From: Promethearchaeota archaeon
Lineage (GTDB): Archaea; Asgardarchaeota; Lokiarchaeia; Sigyniarchaeales; SOKP01
Assembly: GCA_019058245.1 (NCBI GenBank)
Contig: JAHPZJ010000030.1
Span: 64,001 to 128,000 of the forward strand
Reading direction: 5' to 3'
DNA: 64,000 bases
Part shown: positions 21,071 through 30,063 of the stretch, in pieces
Layout: each line of letters starts with the position of its first letter
Numbering within the stretch: the first letter of the stretch is position 1
Translations under genes and position numbers: made by a program
Notes under the pieces: generated by a model
What the model was told of the DNA's origin: nothing
The model's database searches: none
What the model saw: only the letters and a program-made list of their open reading frames with translations

Positions 21071-21263
21071 ATTTTAATATTTCAATAATTATTATAAGCT
21101 TCTATAAAAGTAATTATATTCTTTAAACAAATTAGAAAATAATAATCTTATCAAATACAAAAATTACTATTTTGTAAATTCTTTCAAAAAATCAAAAGTC
21201 TTTTGGATATATCATTTGATCAAATTATTTTAGAAAAAAAAGAAGATCCTAAAATAAAAAAAA

Positions 21264-22025
21264 TTATTGAATTTTCTTTATGCTATTTGTTATCAAAGCA
21301 ATTACGTTACTTACATTTTTGCCAAAAATTTCTAAAATTTCTTCCCAAGTAACAGGTACTTCGTCATCTTTCCAACAATCATAATCCGTAGACATAGCAA
21401 CTGCCGCATAAGGTATAGATGCTTCATTTGCTAAAATTGTCTCAGGAGCGATGCTCATATTTATTACATCAGCTCCCCATAATCGAAACATTTCTGATTC
21501 AGCCCTAGTAGAAAACCTTGGTCCTTCAATAGTAATTACAGTTCCTTTTTCATGGTGTTTAAGATTAAGCTCCTTTGCTGTTTCAATAAGGATCTGTCTT
21601 AACTCATCTGAATAAGGATATGCCATCGCAGTGTGTTTAGCATCTCCAGGTGAAAACTGTTCAAAAAAAGTAACTTTTCTAAGTCTAGTAAAATCAATAA
21701 ATTGATCGACAATAACTAAATCCCCTCTACCAATTTTTTCTCGCAAACTCCCACAAGCTGTAGTGGCTAAGATATGAGTACACTCCTGATCTTTCAATGC
21801 TTGTATGTTAGCTCTATAATTTACATATGTTGGTGGAATTGTATGTTCTCTTCCATGTCTAGCTATGAGAACCACATCAACATTCTCAATCTTCCCAATC
21901 TTTAAAGGAGATGAAGGGTTTCCATATGGAGTATCAACTTCAATATCTACACCATCTTTTAAAATATCCGGATTATCTAATCCTGAACCTCCAATTAATC
22001 CTATTTTAACCATAAAATTGATCAA
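21264..22025 (-). CDS. mtnP: 5'-methylthioadenosine phosphorylase
   Basis: IGLIGGSG, ARHGREH, NYRANI, EGPRFSTRAES, INMS, TDYDCW; likely start at the second Met (22013). Confidence 0.9.
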   Translation of the reverse strand: MINFMVKIGLIGGSGLDNPDILKDGVDIEVDTPYGNPSSPLKIGKIENVDVVLIARHGREHTIPPTYVNYRANIQALKDQECTHILATTACGSLREKIGRGDLVIVDQFIDFTRLRKVTFFEQFSPGDAKHTAMAYPYSDELRQILIETAKELNLKHHEKGTVITIEGPRFSTRAESEMFRLWGADVINMSIAPETILANEASIPYAAVAMSTDYDCWKDDEVPVTWEEILEIFGKNVSNVIALITNSIKKIQ

Positions 22026-22111
22026 CTAAAATTTCAATTATATATTTATAATAATTATGATAGCTCAAATTTTATTTTATTATATTTTAATTAAAATAAA
22101 AACGCTATGAT

Positions 22112-22981
22112 TTGATTATGAGGAATGAAAAAGAAATTGTTGAGATAGGAATTATTGGTGGAACGGGATCTGATATAACTCTAGAAAATAAAAAAGAAAT
22201 GAAAGTATATACTCCTTATGGATGTACATCAGCAGCAATAATTATTGGTGATTTTAAGGGAAAGAAGATAGCATATTTTCCTAGACATGGTATAGGACAT
22301 TCCATTCCACCACATAACTTAAATTATCGAGCAAATATTTGGGCATTAAAAGAATTAGGTGTAAAATTTATTATCTCTCCATCAGCTGTAGGCTCTCTAA
22401 GATTAGAACATAAAAAAGGTAAATTTATATTAGTAGACCAATATATTGACCGAACTAAAAAACGTTTTGATACATTTTACGAGGGTGGACAGGTTTGCCA
22501 TATTGGACAGGCAGATCCGTATTGCAATTATTTAAATGAATTATTTTTTGAAAGTGGAAAAGATATTGGAATTGAGATTCAAAAGGGTGGGACTTATGTG
22601 TGTATTGAAGGTCCTAGATTTTCAACTAGATCCGAGTCAAAAATGTTTAGAGAATGGGGTGGGGATGTAGTAGGGATGACAACTTATCCTGAAGTGGTTT
22701 TATCTGCTGAGAAGGAAATATGCTATTGTTGTATTTCCATGGTCACGGATTTAGATGTATGGGCAGGAGAATGCCCTAAATGTGGCGTAGTAGAATATGG
22801 AAATTTATGTAAAGAATGTGGAAGTTCTATAAATAAATTGGAAGTTAATGTACCGGAGGTTCTAGAAACCATATCCAGAAACGCTGCTAACCTAAAAAAA
22901 ATATTAGAGATTACTATTACTAAAATTGACACTAAAAGAGATTGTAGTTGTTTCCATACATTATCAGATGCTATAATTTGA
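22112..22981 (+). CDS. MTAP/purine nucleoside phosphorylase paralog with an inserted CxxC-x8-CxxC Zn ribbon
   Basis: IGIIGGTG, PRHG, NYRANIWAL, EGPRFSTRSES, VGMT, TDLDVW followed by CPKCGVVEYGNLCKECG. Confidence 0.88.
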   Translation: MIMRNEKEIVEIGIIGGTGSDITLENKKEMKVYTPYGCTSAAIIIGDFKGKKIAYFPRHGIGHSIPPHNLNYRANIWALKELGVKFIISPSAVGSLRLEHKKGKFILVDQYIDRTKKRFDTFYEGGQVCHIGQADPYCNYLNELFFESGKDIGIEIQKGGTYVCIEGPRFSTRSESKMFREWGGDVVGMTTYPEVVLSAEKEICYCCISMVTDLDVWAGECPKCGVVEYGNLCKECGSSINKLEVNVPEVLETISRNAANLKKILEITITKIDTKRDCSCFHTLSDAII

Positions 22982-23094
22982 AAAATAAAAAATAATTATT
23001 ATATGTATGTTCAAAAATCTTAGTTAAAAATGGCAATTTAAACATAATAAGATTAATCTGTATAAAAATTAAAAAAGATCATAAATTCAATAAA

Positions 23095-24099
23095 GTGATT
23101 ATGAATAAAAGCAAAGTTTTGGTTCTTGGGTCGTTAGCTTTTGATTATATTATGGGATTTAAGGAGAATTTTATTAATGCTGTCTCAGTTAACCATGAAA
23201 AGGAAGAATATCAAAGCACTATTACTGCAGATAGTCGCCAACAATTTTTTGGTGGTACTGCAGGCAATATCGCTTATAATTTAGGTTTATTAAATATAAC
23301 AGAAGTATTTTTACTGGGTTCAGTAGGAAAAGATTTTGAGAGTTTAGGTTATAGAGATCATATAACACAATTTGATAATATTGAACTTGGTGTTGATGTT
23401 CATGAACAACTCTTTACTGCTGCTTGTTATATTGTAAATGATATAAAATCAAATCAAATGATCATCTTTCATGGAGGGGCATTAGATAAATGCAAGGAAA
23501 TCGATTTAAAAGATAAAATTAAAGATCCTGAAAACTATTCTTATGCTATCAATTCTACTCAGAGCGTTGATGCGATGAATTGTTTTTCAGAACAATTGTA
23601 TAATTTAAAAATACCAATTATTTTTGATCCAGGTCAAGTAACTCCTCTTTTTCCAAAAGAATTATTAATAAATAACATTAAAAAATCAGATATTCTAATT
23701 GGCAATATGTATGAAATAAGACAAATAATGAATAAAACAGGATTAAATATGGAGGAGTTAATTAAAATTATAAATGCTATTATTATCACTAAGGGATCAG
23801 AAGGATCAGAACTAATCTATAAAGACGCAAGAGAAAAGATATTTAGAACAAATATACCTATTGCCCCCCCAAATACTCTTATAGATACTACTGGAGCAGG
23901 CGATGGTTATCGAGCGGGAATATTATCAGGATTAACGTTAAATATGACTCTATTAGATTCTTGCAGATTAGGTGCTATAATTGGATCATTTGTAGTTGAA
24001 ACTAGTGGCGCTCAAACTCAGAGATTTGATATAAATGAAGTAAAAAAGAGATTTTTTAAAGTATTCGGATATATTCCTCCACAATTAGAAAGAAGATAA
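23095..24099 (+). CDS. PfkB-family nucleoside/adenosine kinase
   Basis: GSLAFD, GGTAGNIAYNL, FDPGQ, TKGSEGS, DTTGAGDGYRAG. Confidence 0.9.
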   Translation: MIMNKSKVLVLGSLAFDYIMGFKENFINAVSVNHEKEEYQSTITADSRQQFFGGTAGNIAYNLGLLNITEVFLLGSVGKDFESLGYRDHITQFDNIELGVDVHEQLFTAACYIVNDIKSNQMIIFHGGALDKCKEIDLKDKIKDPENYSYAINSTQSVDAMNCFSEQLYNLKIPIIFDPGQVTPLFPKELLINNIKKSDILIGNMYEIRQIMNKTGLNMEELIKIINAIIITKGSEGSELIYKDAREKIFRTNIPIAPPNTLIDTTGAGDGYRAGILSGLTLNMTLLDSCRLGAIIGSFVVETSGAQTQRFDINEVKKRFFKVFGYIPPQLERR

Positions 24100-24150
24100 A
24101 AAAATTAATTTTAGATAGGATATTTTTTATATTATTAGTTTAGCTTTGTT

Positions 24151-24678
24151 TTATTCTTCTACGGGAATCTCTATTAGGGTGAGAATATCATAATCCTTTA
24201 ATTTATCTCTGCCATGCAAACTTCCTGTTAATTCAATAATAAAAGCGATTCCTGCAACTTCACCAGCAGCCTTTTCAACTAAATTACATGCTGCTTTTGC
24301 TGTACCCCCTGTTGCCAATAAATCATCAAAAACTAAGACTTTATCCCCCTCTTCAATTGCATCAATATGCATTTCAATACTATCAGTCCCATATTCAAGT
24401 TCATATGTTTCACTTAGAGTTTTATATGGTAGTTTTCCTGGTTTTCTTATTAAAACGAACCCCGCACCTAAATGATAAGCAATAACGCCACCCCATACAT
24501 ATCCACGTGCTTCTATTGCTGCTACTTTAGTAATACCTTTTCCTCTGTAATGATCAATTATTTTATCACATGAATTTTTAAATGCAGCATGAACTTTTGC
24601 TAATGTGGTAATGTCTTTAAACTGTATTCCCTTAACTGGGAAGTCAGGTACATTTCTTATATAGTCTTCTAAATTCAT
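24151..24678 (-). CDS. apt: Adenine phosphoribosyltransferase
   Basis: PDFPVKGIQFKDIT, IEARG, RKPGKLP, YELEYG, VFDDLLATGGT. Confidence 0.96.
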   Translation of the reverse strand: MNLEDYIRNVPDFPVKGIQFKDITTLAKVHAAFKNSCDKIIDHYRGKGITKVAAIEARGYVWGGVIAYHLGAGFVLIRKPGKLPYKTLSETYELEYGTDSIEMHIDAIEEGDKVLVFDDLLATGGTAKAACNLVEKAAGEVAGIAFIIELTGSLHGRDKLKDYDILTLIEIPVEE

Positions 24679-24725
24679 TCTAATTCATTTTAAATTTATA
24701 AATTTAGAATTCAATTAATTAAATT

Positions 24726-24756
24726 TGATAATTAAAAATGATAATTAAAAATGATT
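24726..24756. repeat. Short tandem duplication (TGATAATTAAAAA x2 plus partial copy) in the divergent apt/Rag intergenic region
   Basis: Exact 13-nt direct repeat read from the sequence. Confidence 0.5.
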
Positions 24757-24889
24757 AATTATTCACATGATCAAATCTAAAAGATTCCAAATTTTCTTTT
24801 AATAATTAGAAAAAATTAAATAAAAATTAAAGTATAAAAAATATATTGAAGTTAAATAAAATACAAATTCTAAATCGGGTTGCATTTAA

Positions 24890-25846
24890 ATGAAAATATT
24901 ATTATTCGGTCCAGCTGGAGCAGGTAAGACATCACTAATGCGAACAACTTGTCTTGGGTATAATTTCATGAAAGTCTTAAACTTAAAACCTACCAAAGGT
25001 GTATCTCGAGAGAACTTTATTTTCCGTGGTATTATGGAACTCAACGTTTGGGATCTTGGAGGTCAAGAACGCTACATGGAACGATATTTTTCAGAATCTC
25101 AACGTGAGCTAATATTTTCAGAAGCAACAACTGCTGTTTTTATGGTTGATTCTGCTGCGATTGACCCTGAAGTACGTGAAATTTTTGAAAAATTCTTGAA
25201 ATATGTTATAGAATTTTCTCCTAAAATCAGCATGATTTATGTTTTATTGAATAAAATTGACTTAGATGATTCGAAAGAAGATGAATACTATGAAATACTA
25301 ACAAAGGATTTAAATAATGGTTTAATGGATAGAATCTCGTTTACTCCAGTATCAGTAAAAGAAGGGAGTGCTCAACATAGATTAATTGAAATTCTTGATT
25401 ACGAGATTCAAAAAAATACTTTATCGATGCAACGTTTAGGTAAGATACGCCATTTATTGGATGAGTTGAAAATTAATACTTTATCCGAATATCTTTTATT
25501 CAATCAACCCGATGGACTATTGATTTCCTCTACTTTTGGTAAGTTTGAATCAAAACCATTACAGTTTATGAAATTTGAAATTGGAACCTTAGATTCTAAT
25601 ATTTACAGTATCTATCAACAAATTATGGAACTTCAAAATGTATCAAGCCTATCTCCTTTATCTTTATCAACTGTAGTCTATGAATCAGATAATTGTTGGA
25701 TTTTAGTGAAGGAAGTAAGTAATGGAGCTGTTTTAATGGCAGTAACACGAAATAAGAGCCCAGAAGTTTTTTCTAGTGTTATGAACGCTTTAACAGGTGA
25801 AGAATTTAAAAATTTATCATTTTATTTGAGATCTGCTGATTACTGA
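24890..25846 (+). CDS. Rag/Gtr1-like GTPase with a C-terminal roadblock/longin-like domain
   Basis: GPAGAGKTS, LKPT, LNVWDLGGQERYMERYF..QRELIF (RagA-like), NKID; C-terminal LLFNQPDGLLISS...AVLMAVT roadblock-like pattern. Confidence 0.85.
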   Translation: MKILLFGPAGAGKTSLMRTTCLGYNFMKVLNLKPTKGVSRENFIFRGIMELNVWDLGGQERYMERYFSESQRELIFSEATTAVFMVDSAAIDPEVREIFEKFLKYVIEFSPKISMIYVLLNKIDLDDSKEDEYYEILTKDLNNGLMDRISFTPVSVKEGSAQHRLIEILDYEIQKNTLSMQRLGKIRHLLDELKINTLSEYLLFNQPDGLLISSTFGKFESKPLQFMKFEIGTLDSNIYSIYQQIMELQNVSSLSPLSLSTVVYESDNCWILVKEVSNGAVLMAVTRNKSPEVFSSVMNALTGEEFKNLSFYLRSADY

Positions 25847-25896
25847 ATATAAGAAATGAAAAGAAAAAATTTGAGTTTATATAATTTTTATATTGT

Positions 25897-26736
25897 TTAT
25901 TCTTCTTTATCATTCAAGCCAATCTTTGATAAGAATATTTGTTTTTTGGCATGATGAGGCCTTCTAATTACTGTATCATTTGATTTTTCAATCTCTCTCG
26001 CTTTATCACACATTAGAGCTGCATTTCTCATCATTTCATGAGCTGCAGCTAATAATGGCATATAATCCGATCTTTCTTTCAATTGGAAGCATGCTTTTGC
26101 TGTTAATCTTGATACTGTAGCTGCAATTTCAAATGCAGCAATTGCTTTAGCTCTAGCGTAAGGATTAGAGAATTTAGCAGCTTCAGTTGCCTTATTTGCA
26201 TCAATAATAATATTAGGTAAAACAGGGGTTCTGACTTCAAGCATATCTAAAATAACTTTATTTAATTCTTCAGCAATAACCTGAAGTGCTCCGGTGATAG
26301 CCAAAACCTTTAATAAATCAGAGTTGAATATACTCATTTCAATATGATCAAGAAAAGGTCTACGTGCTCCGATCATACTATCACAATTCACTAATATATA
26401 CCCCATGTTCTTTTCTTTTATCTCATCAATAGACTTTTTAGCAGGGGCATCAGAAATTACTATGGTGGGAATATTTCCCGCCATTTCTCTCGCTGCTTTA
26501 GGCCCTGGTAATGCTGCATTTGGACTTGACATAATTATTAATTCAGGCCCCCATTTCAATAAATCCTCCATAGTTTTTGTGCATATTTCTGGAGGATGCA
26601 TTTTTGCACCAGAAGTAACTTCATGGACACTTATTCTTGTAGATTCAGCACGCTCATCCATTAAGAAAGCGAGAAGTAATGAGGACCCAATAGTTCCATT
26701 CTTCAAAATTCCAATTTTAAGTACTTTTTCGCTCAT
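25897..26736 (-). CDS. mtd: F420-dependent methylene-H4MPT dehydrogenase
   Basis: KIGILKNGTIGSS, MDERAE, SGAKM, SPNAALPGP, DSMIGARR, FSNPYARAKA, AAAHEMMR. Confidence 0.95.
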   Translation of the reverse strand: MSEKVLKIGILKNGTIGSSLLLAFLMDERAESTRISVHEVTSGAKMHPPEICTKTMEDLLKWGPELIIMSSPNAALPGPKAAREMAGNIPTIVISDAPAKKSIDEIKEKNMGYILVNCDSMIGARRPFLDHIEMSIFNSDLLKVLAITGALQVIAEELNKVILDMLEVRTPVLPNIIIDANKATEAAKFSNPYARAKAIAAFEIAATVSRLTAKACFQLKERSDYMPLLAAAHEMMRNAALMCDKAREIEKSNDTVIRRPHHAKKQIFLSKIGLNDKEE

Positions 26737-27368
26737 TTTTCAAAATCTAAAGTATATCTTTCAATTATAAATTTAAATATAATACTTATCAATTTTTCAA
26801 AGTTTTTAATTTTTGTTTTAAATTTTACAAAATAATGAATCCTATTAATAAAGATTATTATTTTTATTAATAATATCAATGATTATTAAACAAATTTAAT
26901 ACAAATTGTTTACATAAAGGTTTTGCATAGTTGTTTTACTCAATAGGGCTAAAATCAGTAGCCTCTATCGAATGAGTTTTCAAATAATTCCCAGCTACTT
27001 TCCTATTCTGAAAAATATCCTTAATCTATTACGCATGAATTTTCAGCTCTAGTATCCTCCTCGTCAGATGAAAATCTTTTTTTAATTGTAAGTGTGGTTT
27101 TCAGTAAATATTAGAGTCGTTCCATTCTAATTTTAAAAAAGGTTCTTTCTTCTGATCTAACCATTTTTTTTTAATCTATTAATGTCACTCAGTCATCCTT
27201 AAGTCTTAAACAATAAGATTAGCTTGATTTATACTAATTTAACCCTTTAATCTCTTTCCTCATGAAATACACAAATTTTTTTAAAATTCTTTAATAATTT
27301 TTAATAAAGTAAATAAAAGCAATTATAATACAATTTAAAAAAAAATACAACTTTAAGGTATAATCAAA

Positions 27369-28280
27369 ATGGAGATTAATGGTGTAGAGATTGAAAATAC
27401 CTATTGTGAAGCGTTTGGAACGGTATTTACTCGAGTTTTAGTGACCGCAAAGAATAAGAAATGGGCTACAATAGCTGCAAAGGAAGTAACTGGTTATGGG
27501 ACATCAACAATTGGTTGCGATGCTGAAGCAGGAATTGATATGTTTGTATCTGCAGAAAATACACCAGATAAACGTCCAGGCGTAATACTAATGTTTTTTA
27601 AAAACAAAAAGGATGAGATGAGTATGGTTTTAACTCATCGAATTGGGGAATGTATTTTAACCTGCCCTACAACTTCATGTTTTGATGCTCTAAATGAATC
27701 CCTTGATGCAACTAAGGAATTTGAAATTAAATCTGGTAATAATTTAAAATTCTTTGGAGATGGATTCCAAGAAATGCTTGAGGGTGTTTATCCATTTGAG
27801 GCATTTAAAATTCCTGTTATGAGCGGTGAATTTATTGTTCAAAGCTCTTTTAAAGTGGGAAAAGGAATAGCTGGTGGAAATTTTTTAATTATCGGCAAAG
27901 ATCAAGATTCTACATTAGAAGCTGCAGAAAAAGCAATTGATGCAATTAATGCTGTTCCTAATGTAATTACGCCTTTCCCAGGTGGTATTGTACGATCTGG
28001 ATCAAAAGTTGGATCCAAGTATAAATTCATGCGAGCTTCTACGAATGAAAAATATTGTCCAACTTTGAAAACAAAAATTGAAGATTCACAATTAAAAGAT
28101 GAAGATAACTGTGTTTATGAGATTATTCTTGATGGTGCTACAGAACTGGCAATTAAAAGCGCTTTAAAATTGGGAATTGAAGCAGCAGTCACAGTTCCAG
28201 GGATAAATCGTATATCTGCAGGTAATTATGGAGGAAATCTTGGCAAATTTCAATATAATCTTTTTGACATTTTAGGTTAG
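27369..28280 (+). CDS. ftr: Formylmethanofuran-H4MPT formyltransferase
   Basis: INGVEIENTYCEAF, TPDKRPG, RIGECILTCPTT, FFGDGFQ, GGNF, FPGGIVRSGSKVGSKY, SAGNYGGNLG. Confidence 0.96.
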   Translation: MEINGVEIENTYCEAFGTVFTRVLVTAKNKKWATIAAKEVTGYGTSTIGCDAEAGIDMFVSAENTPDKRPGVILMFFKNKKDEMSMVLTHRIGECILTCPTTSCFDALNESLDATKEFEIKSGNNLKFFGDGFQEMLEGVYPFEAFKIPVMSGEFIVQSSFKVGKGIAGGNFLIIGKDQDSTLEAAEKAIDAINAVPNVITPFPGGIVRSGSKVGSKYKFMRASTNEKYCPTLKTKIEDSQLKDEDNCVYEIILDGATELAIKSALKLGIEAAVTVPGINRISAGNYGGNLGKFQYNLFDILG

Positions 28281-28328
28281 ATAAAGATATAAAAAATCAA
28301 AAAATGAGTTTGAAATTATATACTTAAA

Positions 28329-30056
28329 TTATAATTTTCTTTTTATTTTTCGTGTAGAAACTCCATCTTGCTCTTCTTCTTTTTCATCCTTTGTTTCTAT
28401 TATTTCCTCATTCTTGGATTTCTCATCAATAGTTTCGACTTTTACCTTTTTCTTTTTAATTGATTTTTTAGATGGAATTGTCTTTTTATCGGCAGATATA
28501 GGTTGACGTCCAATAAATTTCGATTTATAATATAGAACTATTATCCCAATACCAACTAATACTCCAATACTTATTCCACTAAAAAACACGATCCATGGTA
28601 TATAATTACTTAAAATATCTGGAACAATTCTTATCTCTTGAGGAGCAATATTATAATCATCAATAAGACTTGTTACTGCTCCATCAGTATCTATCACAAA
28701 TATATACACCACCCATATTCCGCTAATTAAATCTTGAGTCCTGATGGTAATTTCAGTATCTTCTCCTATATACTCTCGCGTTATATTGAACCATTCATCA
28801 TAATCATTTAGAAGGGCAACTTTTACAGCCGAAACACCTTTCTCATCTGATACATTAAAAGTAAATACAAAATCACCACCATAAAATACAGAAATGCTCT
28901 CGTTCATAGACAATCCATTAATTTTATAACTATGTATTTTAGGAGGCATATTTTTAACCTCTAAATAAGCGTCTTTCGAATCAATTCCACCAGCATCATC
29001 TTCGACAGTGACAACGACTCTAAACCTTCCAATTGGATTGTTAGCAGAAGGCGCATAAGAGTATGTAAAAAGATCATTCCCCATATAGTCCATAAAATTA
29101 CTAGCAACAAGATTCCCTTCAGAACTGTAGAGATCTGTATAAACAGCGAGATCATCAGCAGCAGTTTCTAAATCCGTTATATTTGCTGAAATTTCAAACC
29201 TCTCTGTTCTAAAAATTTCCTGGGGAGAGAGAGAAATCTCGGAAGTAATAATTGGATCAGAATTTTTAACGTAGAATGGAAAATAAGCTGCTGCCTTTTT
29301 ATTATTGAGTTCATCAGTCATATTTATTTTTAAATAATACATTTTATTTATTTGTTGGAAAGTCTCATTATCAATTAGAAGGGTGAAATAATAGACATTA
29401 CTTTGAAGATTTAATAAGTTATTTTGCGTAGCTTCATCCATACTATCAACAATTGTAAGATCCCATTGAAAATTATAAGTCTTTCCGTTGTCACTGTCGA
29501 AAGTATCTACATTCACTTCAGCTGCTAATGTTTTGTTAATAAAATATTCAGTACTAGAATCCCCATCTAATGAAAGGCTCGCATCGTAATTTGAATCTAG
29601 TTTGAAGTTTGTATAGGTTGTGTGATCATTCAATAGAACATTAGTATTATTATATATTAAAAAACTGACGTTATAAATTCCAAGCAGATTATTATATTTT
29701 GGTTTGAATTCATATGTAAAATTGCCATTACCCATAGAAGTCATATTATAATTTATAATAGTACTATTGGGAAATTTTATCTCCATAAGTACATAATTAG
29801 CATAAGGAAAATTGCTTGTTGTATTAATTGTAAAATTTACAGATTCAAACAATCGATATATTTTAGTGGCATTTTGAAATATGTCAGAATAATTTAAGGG
29901 GATTGTTGAGAGTTTAGGGGCAAGAGGTCTTTCTGTTTCATAAATTTCTTTACTAATTGGTTGATGTTTATTTATAGAAAAAAAATTTGAACATGAATTA
30001 ATTCCAAGAAATAAAATTGAAAAAAGGATTATGATTTGGTATCGTTTCTTTATCAT
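28329..30056 (-). CDS. Secreted, C-terminally anchored surface glycoprotein with Ig-like beta repeats
   Basis: N-terminal signal-like helix, many N-x-S/T sequons, beta-rich repeats (V.V.D.DG), C-terminal TM and charged cytoplasmic tail. Confidence 0.7.
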   Translation of the reverse strand: MIKKRYQIIILFSILFLGINSCSNFFSINKHQPISKEIYETERPLAPKLSTIPLNYSDIFQNATKIYRLFESVNFTINTTSNFPYANYVLMEIKFPNSTIINYNMTSMGNGNFTYEFKPKYNNLLGIYNVSFLIYNNTNVLLNDHTTYTNFKLDSNYDASLSLDGDSSTEYFINKTLAAEVNVDTFDSDNGKTYNFQWDLTIVDSMDEATQNNLLNLQSNVYYFTLLIDNETFQQINKMYYLKINMTDELNNKKAAAYFPFYVKNSDPIITSEISLSPQEIFRTERFEISANITDLETAADDLAVYTDLYSSEGNLVASNFMDYMGNDLFTYSYAPSANNPIGRFRVVVTVEDDAGGIDSKDAYLEVKNMPPKIHSYKINGLSMNESISVFYGGDFVFTFNVSDEKGVSAVKVALLNDYDEWFNITREYIGEDTEITIRTQDLISGIWVVYIFVIDTDGAVTSLIDDYNIAPQEIRIVPDILSNYIPWIVFFSGISIGVLVGIGIIVLYYKSKFIGRQPISADKKTIPSKKSIKKKKVKVETIDEKSKNEEIIETKDEKEEEQDGVSTRKIKRKL

Positions 30057-30063
30057 TAGGATC

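Noticed and set aside
9211-28280. Selenocysteine (UGA) recoding in redox or C1 genes
   Set aside because: The FrhB-like gene, mch, mtd and ftr are uninterrupted and end in TAA/TAG; no in-frame UGA at a Cys-equivalent site was seen
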